64,000 nucleotides of DNA from Camelus dromedarius. Taxonomy: Eukaryota. The DNA lies in assembly GCF_036321535.1 (NCBI RefSeq), contig NC_087437.1, positions 46,998,001-47,062,000 on the forward strand, read 5' to 3'. Shown here piece by piece: positions 1 through 12,234 of the stretch (the first letter of the stretch is position 1; every line of letters starts with the position of its first letter). Below the pieces are notes generated by a model, which saw only the letters and a program-made list of their open reading frames with translations, made no database searches and was not told the DNA's origin. Position numbers and translations under genes: made by a program.

Positions 1-344
1 AGCTAGACCAAGATAATTGTCTTAGACTTGGATCAGTAACAGCAGCCCAGTGTGCATTAAATTCATCTATTAGACACAATTTACTTCTGCATTTGTGGCT
101 ATCAAACTACTGGACAAATATTAAATAAATGCCTAATTGCTATACTAGTGAGAAAAACTTAAATAGAAATATGATATGATTCTTAATTTTATTTTACAAA
201 AATACTTAGCATTTACAAAGTATTTGCAATCTGTTTGGGGAGGTAAGATTAGAGAAAAAATTAGCAAATAGAATTTAAAGCTGAAGTCTAAACTCCTTTT
301 GAATCTTGAGAGTTTTGAGCTGAGTGAGTTTGGGAAGTTCCTCT

Positions 345-665
345 AACCACTAAGATACCCTTTGAGGATCATATTTTCTGCCGACAGAATATGATGCCTA
401 TGTTTAAGGTTTTTTGCATCTATGTTTACGAGGAATATTGACTTATAGTTTCCTTTTCTTTCAATGTCTTTAAGCAAAATTTGCCTCATAATTTTGGAAG
501 TATTTCTCTTCCAATTATCTGGCGGAGTTTTTGTAGCATGGTACAAACATTTGGTAGAATTAATAAGGGAAGCCATCTCACTTGTAATTTTCTTTGTGCA
601 TAAGTTATCTTTAATAGATAGGAGACTATCTAAGTTAACTAATTCTCTGATTATTTCTTTCCAGT
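345..665 (-). mobile_element. Ancient L1 ORF2 fragment (degenerate)
   Basis: Minus-strand translation KGNYKSIFLVNIDAKNLK resembles the L1 ORF2 motif KENYRPISLMNIDAKILNK; heavily diverged. Confidence 0.6.
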
Positions 666-667
666 AT

Positions 668-806
668 GATTGAGAACTAACTGACATGTATCTCTGTGTG
701 AAGTTTAAGGTGTACAGTATGATGGTTTGATCTACATACACTGTGAAGTGATGACAACAGGTTCCGCTAACATTCATCTTCTCATGTAGATACCATAAAA
801 AAGAAA
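668..806 (-). mobile_element. L1 3' terminal fragment
   Basis: aagtttaaggtgtacagtatgatggtttgatctacatacactgtgaagtgatg matches the antisense of a laurasiatherian L1 3' end. Confidence 0.7.
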
Positions 807-999
807 GTCGCATCCAAAGCTGTGATCAAGCATTTCATTCTGAAGCAACAAAAATTTAAAAAGTAAGAACACATATTTTAAATGTGAAAAAAATAAAGCT
901 TCCCCTCCCCCAAAGGATGGACTGCTCCCCTAAGCTCAGGTGAGGCTTGTTCATTCGGGCCTTGTGGGTGAAGGATTCTCAGCATCTCCTCTTCTCCCT

Positions 1000-1730
1000 C
1001 CCATAGCAGCCAAACTCTTTTTACAAAACCGTGTCAGGTCTTAGGCAGGAGATAGTTTTCTGGCGCTTCACAAGTGGTAGCAGATCTCTTCTTTGTACTG
1101 GTGCAGGATTTTAGGACCAAGGGGTTTTCCTGCCCCTCCATCGGCATTCTTGGTGCCAAGTGTTTTCTATCCTCTCCCAGTGGCTTAGGGCTTTTGTCTC
1201 ATATGACAGAAGGATCTGGTGAAGTAAGCTGTGCTTTTTGCAGTGTTTTGTCACCCATGTCATCCAAATACCTCCTGCATATCCGGGTCAGGAGGTGGAA
1301 AGGGGTTCTGTCTCCTGCCCTGTGCCCCATCTCTCTTAGAGCATTTAACGTAGCCCAGTGGGGAAGAGCTTTTGAGTGAGGACAAACTCCTTGTGTCTGA
1401 GGTGCTCGGTTGTTTTAAACGGAAATCTTCACCTAATCTTGGCCTTTAAGAAGTATTCACAATTCGGACTGATTTTTTTTCTTACGTACTTCTGTGGCAG
1501 CAAGTATTCTTCCCATGTTCTGCCGAAGTCAAAAAGATTTGTGTCTGCTCTCCTCCTGCTAAGGGATCTGTCACTTTTCAGAATTCAGTTTTCTTGGTTG
1601 TCTTTTGACCTTAGTAACTCTGATGACTTTGGGATAAGTTATAATTTTGTAGATCATCTGGCTTTTTCTCATCGTTAGGATGGCAGTAAAATTCTTTTGC
1701 AGCTTTCAGCATCCTAAATGGAAGCAGAAC
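1000..1730 (-). mobile_element. Old L1M-type 5' end/UTR fragment
   Basis: Reverse complement begins gttctgcttccatttaggatgctgaaagctgcaaaagaa...gagaaaaagccagatgatctacaaaatt, like recalled L1M 5' ends. Confidence 0.55.
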
Positions 1731-1862
1731 CTTACCTGTTAGGACTTTAGGATTAAAATCTGCAGATCAATTGTGAAAGAATTTTCATCTATATGAGTCT
1801 TTTAAACCACATAATTTATTATGAAATTTTTGAGTGATTAATTTATAACAATCATTATTTTT

Positions 1863-3572
1863 GCTTTTTTGCTTATTGAAGTATAGTTGATTTACCATAC
1901 TGTGTTAGTTTCAGGTGTACAGCAAAGTGATTCAGTTATATATATATATTTTCAGATTCTTTTCCATTAAAAATTATTAAAAGATATAGAATGTAGTTCC
2001 CTGTGTTAAACAGTAGGTCTTTGTTGTTTATCTATTTTATACATAGTATTGTGTATATGTTAATCCCAAATTCCTAATTTATCCCTACGACCCCCGAATC
2101 CAGTCCCCTTTGGTAATCACAGTTTGTTTTCTATGTCTGTGAGTCTATTTTGGTTTGTAAATAAGTTCATTTGCATTATTTTTTTTAGATTCTACGTATA
2201 AGTGATATCATATAATATTTGTCTTTCTCTGTCTAACTTACTTCACTTAAAATATGATAATCTCTAGGTCTATCCATGTTGCTGCAAATGGCATTATTTC
2301 ATTCTTCTTGTGGCTGTGTAATATTCCATTGTGATATATATATCTATATATCACATCTTCTTTATCCATTCTTCTGTTGATGGACTCTTAGGTTGCTTCC
2401 ATATCTTAGCTATCATAATTAATGCTGCTGTGAACATTGGGGTGCATGTGTCTTTTTGAATTAGAGTTTCTATCTTTTCTGGATATATACCCAGGAGTGG
2501 GATTGCTGTATCATATGGTAAGTCTATTTTTAATTTTTTAAGGAACCTCCATACTGTTCTCCACAGTGACTACACCAATTTACATTCCCATCAATAGTGT
2601 AGGAGGGTTCCCTTTTCTCCACGCTCTCTCCAGTGTTTATTATTTGTAGACTTTTTGATGATGCTCATTTTGACCAGTGTGAAGTGATACCTCATTGTAT
2701 TTTTGATTTGCACTTCCCGAAAAATAAGTCTATTTTTAGTTTTTTGAGGAATCTCCATCCTGTTTTCCATAACAACTGCAACAAACTACATTCGCACCAA
2801 CAGTGTAGGAGGGTTCACTTTTCTCTGCACCCTCTCCAACATTTATCATTTGTGAACTTTTGAATGATGGCCATTCTGATTGGTGTAAGGTGATACCTCA
2901 TTGTAGTTTTGATTTGAATTTCTCTGATAATTAGCAATATTGAGCTAATTATCCAATTGAAAAATGAGCAGAAGATCTAAATAAGCAATTCTCCAATAAA
3001 GACATATGAATGGCCAATAGGCACATGAAAAAATGCTGAATATTGCTAATTATCAGAAAAATGATCATTTTTAATTGGGTTGTTTTCTTCTTTGATATTG
3101 AGTTGTATCAAATGTTTGTATATTTGGAAAATCTACCGTCAGTGTCAACTCAATATGTCTTCATTGGAGAATGGCCATCATTCAAAATAGACTTACCATA
3201 TGAACCAGCAATCCCACTCCTGTGCATATATCTAGAGGGAACCTTAATTCAAAAAGACACATGCACCCCAATGTTCATAGCAGCACTGTTTACAATCGCC
3301 AAGACATGGAAACAACCTAAATGTCCATTGACAGATGACTGGATAAAGAAGTTGTGGTATATTTATACAATGGAGTACTACTCACCTCCTTGGTTAGGTT
3401 TATTCCTAGGTATTTCTCTTTTTTTGGCATGATTTTAAGCAGAATTTTGATTTACTTTCTCTTTTTGATATTTTATTGTTAATGTAAAGAAATGCAACAC
3501 ATTTCTGTATATTAATCTTGTATCCTGCTACCTTGCTGAACTCATTAATTCTATTAGTTTTTGTGTGAAGTC
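1863..3572 (-). mobile_element. Rearranged L1 insertion (3' UTR and ORF2 pieces in both orientations) bounded by a TSD
   Basis: L1 3' UTR antisense from 1863; ORF2 C-terminal peptides in the ORF track on both strands (e.g. KDTCTPMFIAALFTIAKTWKQPKCP); TSD taacaatcattattttt 1846-1862 vs taacaattattgttttt 3573-3589 (15/17). Confidence 0.9.
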
Positions 3573-4557
3573 TAACAATTATTGTTTTTCTCATCATATT
3601 AACATAGTATTATAAGTATTCACCCTTACTGAAAATTACCCTTACTGAAGTCTGTATCTCCTCTGGGGTGATAAGGTGGCAAAGGCAGCGAGGAATGTGA
3701 AGGGAAAAATAGTGATACCATCTTTTTATCATTTCTCATTTCATAGGGCATCATAACACCTGTTCAAAGTCAAACAGCTACTAATTTAATGCAGATATAA
3801 AACTACAACCCTGGTCTTACTGACCCCAGCCCATAGGTATTTCTACTACACACTTTTCAAGTTTCTAATTTCTGTTCCTATAGCCAAAACTTTCAACCAT
3901 GGATATTTGTGCTGAATCCTTCAATGAAGGGGAGGTCTTTACTTCTACAGAATTTGTTTATATTCATCTTTATCAGTGTTTTACCCAGGCTTGTCATTTT
4001 TGTCATTTTATTTCTTACATACATTTGTATTCTAGATAGTCTTTAGGATTTCATCACTTTAGGTTCTTTCTTTTATCAATATTAGACAAAAAAAGTCCTT
4101 TAAAATTGAATAATCTGGCAGACAGGCCTTGCCATTCTTTACCTGAATTTGAAGTCACTGAAATTAGAAGACTAAGACTGGGTTTTAAGTTAGTTAGCTG
4201 GTCATCTTATAACTCTAGTAATCATGGCCATTATCCTGGAGCTGGAAATCAGGATTCAGATGTGAGGGTAAGGGGACATTAGAACTAGTGATGGAGAAAA
4301 TTACCCTACAGAAGGACAAATCCCGGGGGAAGGTGGTAATAGCATTCAATGCAGTGAAATAAAACAGATATTGTCTGAAGTTTTCCCCAGAGTTATTGCT
4401 TCCTTTCTACTCTTCATTTATATTTATGGACTTCTGATGGGCTTTCCTTCGAAGGAGAAGAGTTCAACAGAACTTAATAGTAAATACTTATAGTAATTTG
4501 CTTTTTTAAAAAAACAGTTATTATGGAACAAGATTCCAGTCAAGTTGTCTGACTCTA

Positions 4558-4640
4558 CAGCAGGGTTCCACAAAATATGGCCCATAGACTAAATCTGACC
4601 TGTCACGTTTTTAATAAATAAAGTCATATTGGCACAGAAT
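4558..4640. mobile_element. MER58-like hAT-Charlie MITE fragment
   Basis: cagggttccacaaaatatggcccatagactaaatctgacctg...aataaataaagt resembles the MER58 5' end. Confidence 0.5.
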
Positions 4641-4649
4641 CATTTTTCT

Positions 4650-5040
4650 TCCATCCTCCTTGTGCATCCATAGAGATATTTTAAACCACAAATTTAATCC
4701 TGTACTTCTTACTAAAAACCTTCTAAAGGCTCCTATTGCTCCTAAACTCTATAAACATATAAAGCCGTTCATAATATGACCCCTGTTTACCTAAGCAGAC
4801 TCTGCATTTATCACTATTTTCCATATTACATTCTGTATTTCAATTATGCATCTACTCTATTTACTCTCCTGCCTCTGGACATTTGCACATGCTTATCTTT
4901 GGCCTCAACTGACTCATCCTACCTATCCTTTTGGTCCCATCACAGTAGTCATCATTTCCTTGGGAAAGACCCAGACACCTGAAAGTTCCATGTGCTCCCA
5001 TAGAACCTGCTGGCAACAATGATCATGCTGTTATCTATTC
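4650..5040 (+). mobile_element. L2 fragment
   Basis: aaaaaccttctaaaggctcctattgctcct and gcctctggacatttgcacatgct are typical of the L2 3' region. Confidence 0.55.
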
Positions 5041-5056
5041 TGCTTGTGGTATGCAT

Positions 5057-5275
5057 CAGGGGTTGTTAAACTACAGCCCATAGGCCAAGTCCAGACTGCT
5101 GTCTGTTTCTACAGTCCACAAGCGAAGAATAGTTTTCACATTTTAAAATAGTTTTTAAAAACTCAAAAGGGATATTTCATAACAGGCCAAAAATTATATG
5201 AAATTCAAATTTCATTGTCCATACATACAATCTTACTGGAGTCCAGCCACACTCATTTATTTACATATTGCCATT
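5057..5275. mobile_element. MER58(B)-like hAT-Charlie element
   Basis: caggggttgttaaactacagcccataggccaagtccag...aattatatgaaattcaaatttc...cagccacactcatttatttacatattg. Confidence 0.75.
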
Positions 5276-6599
5276 CACCATGGAAGGTGTTGTAGACACA
5301 AGGGTGAAAGAGAAAATACTGTCTCAGGCCTCCCACACTTTAGTATTCACAAAACCTTTCCCTCTGTGTGGCCCATAGGAAACACTCAATAATTATTTAT
5401 GACATTAATAATGTGTGAATAAGTAAAACTATTTTGCCGAGGAATCAGCTGCAATTAAGCATAGAATCCAACCAGATTTTTTAGTTCCTAGTCAATTACT
5501 CATTGCTACTAGGTCAAGCCTCCTTTCCTATGATTTTAGAACAATATCACTTTTGGAGTAATCATGGAGTTAAAATTCCTTCCGGTTTCTGCATAGTCCT
5601 GGATCGTCTCTAGACTACAGGTTCTAATTCACAGAAGTGCTCATAAGAAAACCTCCCCTGTTATGCCCACAAGGAGTAAATAATGATAGAGGAGCACTTC
5701 TGCTCCGCTTATTTAAAACAGCATTTTGATAAATTCAGGCACACCTCAAAAGCACAGCTTATGTGGAAAAAGTATATAAAAGCAAGCACAGTGATTAACC
5801 ATATCCAGATGGGAGAAAAATGTGTTGACATTTCAGCAAGAACGGTCTTCAATTCAAGCCAAGAAAAAAAAATAAAAGAAAGAAATCCCTATTTATACAT
5901 TCTAGTCAGCCAAAATTTCCAGCTGCATGGATTCTCTGGTGAACAAACAGACCAGCGCACAGAATAAGGTCACTGAAGAAAGTGCCAGTAATCACAAACT
6001 GTAATTAAGCAGTAATGACCTCAACCTGAAGCTTACTTCAGGATTAATGAATACCTGAGAAGCCAGTGGCCTGAGGCAGCCCTCATTCCATGCAGAATGC
6101 ACTGGGATGAAGTGAGCCCTATAAACAAAATATGTTTCCAGTTTAAATCATTCCCCGAAGTTACCTTTTCCACTACTATGTCACAGAGTTGGATTTTTTT
6201 AATGGCATTCATTGTGGAAAAAAGACCAACTATAATCAAGAAAAGGAAAAAAAGGAAGTTTCAAATTCAAAAACAGTAGAGGATTTCTATAGGGTGGGGA
6301 GATAGGGATGAATGTGAATTATATTTAGTACATTCAGTCTTAATTTTCAGCTTTGCTCTGAAACATAAGAATATTTGTTACATCCCAAATGATGCCTGTA
6401 AACATATCACTTTAGTAAATGTGAAGTGAAATAAGGATTAATACCAATAACTATTATAATCATCATTACTATGTCTTTGAATGCCTCGGCTAAACTGATG
6501 AGAAAAGAGGGAACAAGTAGACTATCAGGTTAGTAAGGCGACTATCCAAATATTAGCCACCATTTATTTGCTGCTTGCACTTAATGGATATTCTGTCTC

Positions 6600-6765
6600 T
6601 TCCCTTGGAGGTTGAACATCATTATCCCCTTCTTATAGGTAAGGAATTTGAGAATCAGGGAGGTTAAGTGACTTGTCCAAGGTCATTCTAATCAGTGTAG
6701 GTGTAGGGATTCAAGCCTGGGTTCCTCTGACTCCAAGGCCACAAACCTGAAATCACTATGCACTG
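6600..6765 (-). mobile_element. MIR SINE
   Basis: MIR core antisense: attatccccttcttataggtaaggaatttgag...ggttaagtgacttgtccaaggtca. Confidence 0.8.
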
Positions 6766-9164
6766 TGAGCTCGCTGATCTGAAAGTTCTCTGCCAATCAT
6801 TTAGAAGTGATGAGATTAGTTTGTCGGGATGAGAATTTCAATGGGGAAACTGAACTGGTGATAGAACATCAAAGTCACTAACGAGCTTTTAAAAGGCTCT
6901 TTTATGTGTATCAGGAGTCTTAGGAAAAGCTCAGGAGTGACAGGGATTTTAATATAGGAATCTACTCTTTGTGTCATTCTCACGGCTCGATAGTGCTTCC
7001 ATCTTTTAATATGAATGTAGGAGCCCTCTTGCAACCATACGTTGCAAAAAGTATCCCACAGTCACACTAGCCTACCTCAGTCCACCATGGCTGAAATTTC
7101 TCCAATAAAAGACTAAGGTTTATTTTTTAAATGAGAGGCTTAATATGTAAGCCTGAGAGAGCTACCCATTATGATTTAAATTTAGTCTGAGATCAGAAAA
7201 ACTGCTATTGTTCCCTTTCTTAAAGGTAAGAACAGGAGGCTAGTTTCATAGCTCGAGGAATTAAGTATTGGATTATTAAAAATCCTTTATACCAATACTA
7301 AAATAAGGGAGGGGACCAGTGGGGAAGTGCCTATTTATTTGTCTACTGCAGACAAACATGGAAAAGATAAAGTAATCAGACACCTACTTCCCTGTTCTCA
7401 TTTCCCTGTTCCCAAAGTGTGTGGCCAGGAATTCCTTTTTCCGTATGATGGATGGGTCTGATGATAGAGGAAACATAAAAGATGCTTTGGATAACTAGAT
7501 GACTGCACTGAGCTTTTATTTTTGGTGTGTTTTATTCTTTTAGAAGACTTGAAAGCCTATAGTGGGCTCTCAAAGCCTCCTCCAAAGACACAGATTGTGA
7601 GGTGTCCATTCCACTCATGGACTATTCCTTTGGGTGAGGAGCAGACCTCATCCTAGGGGTCCCTTTCTTCCTGGCTGTCTACATCACTATGAGCTCTACT
7701 GATTTAGCTTACTTAGGAAGACAAACTTTGGCAATATTCAATCAAACAAAATCTTTCTAGCCAGCTCTCAGATACTGGAGTAAAATTGGACTATGGTATG
7801 TTTGAAGCCAAAACATATTCAGGTCTTAAACTAAATTTTATATGAACTCTGCCTTCCTTTTCCAAGGGAAAAAAATTATAAGAATATTTGGGAGGAAATT
7901 CTCAATACAGTTGAGATGTCTTTCCTTTTCCCATTTTCAAGGTCAGATAATCACGAACATTAATTAGAAAAATCTCCCATTTGGCCCTAAGCCATCAAAT
8001 TCAGAGTAAATATAGTGAACAGAAAGAGAAGAGTGAAGAAACCTTCAATGAACATGGGTGACTAACTTTACATTTGTAATAAATAGAAGTCTTGCAAGCT
8101 TTTTCAAAGCAGAAAATTATCTTACATTCAAACACAATGGCCAAGATTGGGACAGAAAAATGTCAACATCTTCTGAATGAGTAAAAAACCTGCTTGCAAA
8201 CTGATGCTGAGGCAGTAAGTCAAGAGAGAAGAGGAGAGGGGTAAGGATGTGTGGGAGGGAGAGAGAGAGAGTTACTGAATAAAGAGTCCAATAAAGAGTC
8301 CCTGGATTTATTAACTTTGATAAATTATGAATGACTGACAGTCTCAGGTCTATTCCTATTCAAGTCTCAGTCCTAGTCCAAATCCATCTCACTCACCAAG
8401 ACCTGTGCTCCCCTGGTATAAGATGAGTGTCGAAAGAGGGAGTTAAAAGGAGATAATAAAATCCATTTTCAGCTTCTGGTTATAGAATATAGAGAAAAAG
8501 AAGCACAATGATACTCTGCCACCCTGTTGATATTATTACCTAAAAGACATTTCCCTCAGCCACAAATGGTTAGCTGTTAATTTTGGAAACAGTAAAAAGT
8601 CCCAGGCTTTTCAGAGGATTCAGTGAGTGGAAATTTTGTTATTTTCCATTTGTAGACAATTATTACATCCAAATTAATTTCATTGTCTAAGCTACTTCTA
8701 ATTTGATGATTCTCAATCAGTATGCATTTGAGTCATCTGTAAAAATTTTGAAAATTAAGGAGTAAGAATCCTTAGGAGGAGGGGCACCCATATGTATACT
8801 GTTTAAAATGCTGAGAGCATGGTAGTAAGGTTATTTCAGATCAACTAAGTAATCACCTAACACTTCACCTCTTTCCAAACTGAGAAATCAACAAAAGAAT
8901 TCATAAGAAAAAATAGGCATCAATAACTTGGATACTCCACAGGTCAGAATCACAGAATCACCTTATCCTCTACTATATATCCTCTTGATGTGTGATGTTT
9001 CTTCTTTATAAAAAGTCATGCTAGAAAGATTTTATAGCTCTTGGAGGAAATAGTTATGAGATTTACTATCATGAACCAGTTTATATCAGAGCCCTACTGA
9101 AACTATGGGTAAGTAATTTATTATTGAATTAAAATAAAGATGATGCCACAGACCTTAACAGCCA

Positions 9165-9320
9165 GCCATTCAATCAATGGATACTTATAGAACACTAACT
9201 GTGCATCAGAAAGGCACTATGCCAGGTGTGGAAGATAGAGTGATGACCAAGATAAACCTATTCCCTTACCTCAAAGAGATAACAGTCAAGTTGAGGAAGA
9301 CAGACATTAAAGGAGAAATA
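9165..9320 (-). mobile_element. L2 3' end
   Basis: cattcaatcaa...ggcactatgccaggtgtggaagatagagtgatgaccaagata...gaagacagaca. Confidence 0.65.
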
Positions 9321-9549
9321 ATTTTAAAATCATCCTATCTAGACTACTGAGAAACTCTTATACTACATTATAATGCATTGCTATGACACCATGTGATGAG
9401 AAGTATCTAGTAAACACTATTAAATTTCAAAATGCTTGTGGATACACATATTTGAGAGGAATATAAGGAAACTAAAATTGTTTTAAGAGAGCACATTCTG
9501 AGTGATAAGGTGACTTGAAATCTGGTTGCTAAAGTGGCTTGAAATTATG

Positions 9550-9845
9550 TTGTATGAAGAACAATTAAAGAAATGGAAATGATTAGTCTAGAGGAGATAG
9601 ATATTTTAGAAGTGTGGCAAAGAAAGATGATCTGGTTCATAGGGTCTTCAGGGGTTCAACAGAGAACAATGGCTAGAAGCAAGAAAAGGCAGATTCCACA
9701 CCACCCCTGCAAAATTTATTTATATCAGGATTGCATAAAGATGGAATGGACTTCTCAAGAAATGATGAGATTTTCATCAGTGGCACATTTTTCCACCTCT
9801 TAGCAAGGATATTGCAAATTTTACAACTAAAAAATGGGCAGTTGG
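9550..9845 (+). mobile_element. L3/CR1 3' fragment, interrupted by the L1; apparently resumes at 16114-16180
   Basis: agaacaatggctagaagcaagaaaaggcagatt...gatggaatggacttctcaagaaatgatgag resembles L3; ggttggattaga...ttcccag after the L1 resembles the L3 terminus. Confidence 0.55.
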
Positions 9846-10907
9846 GGTGTGGCCAACATGGCAGAGCAGGAAGACCCTGAGCTCACCTCCTCCTCCAGGC
9901 ACAGCAAAATTACATTTATAGAGCAGCTATCTATGAGAATAACCTGAAGACTAGCAGAAAAGATTTTCCACAACTAAAGATATAAAAAAGGAGCCACAAT
10001 AAAACAGATAGAAGGAGCAGAGACACAGATCCTTACCCCACAAACAGAAAGATAATCACAATTGCAAAGTTTTTCCCCAGGTAAAGAGGGGTCACAGTCC
10101 CACTTTGGGTTCCTCAGCCTGGAGTCCTGCACCAGGAAGATGAACTTACAGAATATCTGGCTTTGAAGGCCACCATGGTTTGCATTTAGGAGAGCTAGTG
10201 GATTGTAGGAAACAGAGACTTCACTCTTAAAGGATGCATACAAGAATCACACATCCTCCAAGACCCAGCAAAGAGGAAGTAATTTGAAAGAAGCCTGGGT
10301 AAGATCCACTTGCTGATCTTGGAGAGCCTCGTGGAGAGGCTGGAGCCAACTGAGACTCCCTCTGGGGACAAGCATACTTGTGGCAGCCATTCGGGGGAGC
10401 TTGTTCTACCACAAGGACATTGATGCTGGCAATCACCATTTTGGAGTCCTCCCTCTAGCCTATTAGTGCCAGAGGCTTACCCATCTACCAGTGGGCCAGC
10501 ACCAGTCCTGGGACACCTTGGCTTCCATAGTCAGCTCTCCCAGGACCTGGCCATATCCACCAGTAGGCCAGCATCAAACCCAGAACACCCCAAAAAACTA
10601 CTGCCAGTCACTCCACAACCTGGCCCTATTCCGACCTATGGGCTAGCAGCCTCCACACAAGACAGCATAACTGGGTCAAAGGCCAGCCCTGCCTACCACT
10701 GGGCCCACAATGGTCACCCCCACCATAACAGAAGGGACCATGCAGCCAATACAGGAGGCACACCCTATAGCATATACTCTGGGTGATCAGAGGGAAGTGT
10801 GCTGCTGGGCCCCACTGGATGTCTCCGACATAAGGCCACTTCTCCCAGATCAGAAAATGTAATCTACCTACCTAATACATAGAAATTAAAGCAGAGGATT
10901 AGGAAAA

Positions 10908-11782
10908 ATGAGAGACAGAGGAATATATTCCAAACAAAGAAACAAGAGAAAACCCCAAAAGAAGAACTAGGCAAAATGGAGATAAATAATTTACCCAAAG
11001 AGAGTTCAAGGTAATGATCATAAAGTTGTTCAACAAATTCAGGAGAAGAATGGAAGAACACAGTGAGAAGTTTAACAAAGAGTTAGTTAGGAATTATAAA
11101 GAAGAATCAAATAGAACTGAACAACAGAATAACTGAAACAAAAAGTACACTAGAGGAAATCAACAGTAGACTAGATGATACAGAGGAATGGATCAGTGAA
11201 CTAAAATACAGAGTAGTGGAAATCACCCAAGCTGAACAGAAAAAATAATTTTTAAAAAGTGAGCATAGTTTAAGAGAACTGTGGGGCAACATCAAGTTGT
11301 AATGACATTTTCATTACAGGAGTCCCAGAAGAAAAAGAGAGAGAAGGGAGCAGAGAATGTACTTGAAGAAATAATAGATGAAAACTAGCTTAACCTGGGA
11401 AAGGAAACAGACATTCAGATCCAGAAAGCACAGAGTCCCAAATAAGATGAGTCACAGAGATCCACACCAAGACACACTGTAATTAAAACATCAAAAATCA
11501 GAGAATCTTAAAAGCAGCAAGAGAAAAGAAACAAGTTACAAACAAGGAAACCCCATAAGACTTTGAGCTGACTTTTCAGCAGACATTTTGCAGACCAGAA
11601 GGGAGTGGTATGATATATTTAAAGTGATAAAAGGAAAAAACCTACAACCAAGAATACTATACCTAGAAAGGGTATCACTCAAATTTGAAGGAGAAATAGA
11701 GAATTTTACAGACAATCAAAAGCTTAAAGTGTTCAGCAACACTGAAGTGGCTTTAAAAGAACTGTTATAGGGATTTCTCTAA
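10908..11782 (+). pseudogene. L1 ORF1 (RNA-binding protein), disrupted
   Basis: ORF track 11588-11770 QTRREWYDIFKVIKGKNLQPRILYLERVSLKFEGEI is the L1 ORF1 C-terminal domain; frameshifts and stops upstream. Confidence 0.9.
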
Positions 11783-12234
11783 GTGAAAAAAAAACTATAA
11801 CTAGAAATATGAAAATTATGAAAGGAAAAATCTCATTGGTGAAAGCAAATATACAGTAAAGGTAGTAGATCAACCATTTACAAGTTAATAGGGAGGTTAA
11901 AAGACAAAAGTAGTAAAAGCATCTATGTCCACAATAAGTAGTTAAGGGATACACAAAACAAAAAGACATCAAAATATTAAATGTGTGGGGGAAGGAGTAA
12001 AAATATAGGATTATTAGAATGCACTCAGACTTAAGAGATCATTAACTTTATGTATATATTTGTACATATATACACATCTACCTCAGAGTAGCCACAAACC
12101 AAAAATCTATAATAAATATATACATAAAAAAGAGAAAGAAATCCAACCATAACACTAAAGACAGTCACTGAATCACAAGGGAAGAGAACAAAAGAAGCAG
12201 AAAGTAATAAATAACTACAAAAACAATTAGCAAA

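Noticed and set aside
343..813. 156-aa ORF, the longest in the window
   Set aside because: Chance read-through joining an L1 3' UTR fragment to a decayed L1 ORF2 fragment; not a host gene.
3043..3432. 129-aa ORF with recognisable protein motifs
   Set aside because: L1 ORF2 C-terminal debris crossing several rearrangement junctions.
8279..8302. Short tandem duplications (aataaagagtcc x2; similar near 3622, 27221, 47601)
   Set aside because: Two-copy slippage products; no array, spacer or CRISPR-like structure anywhere in the window.
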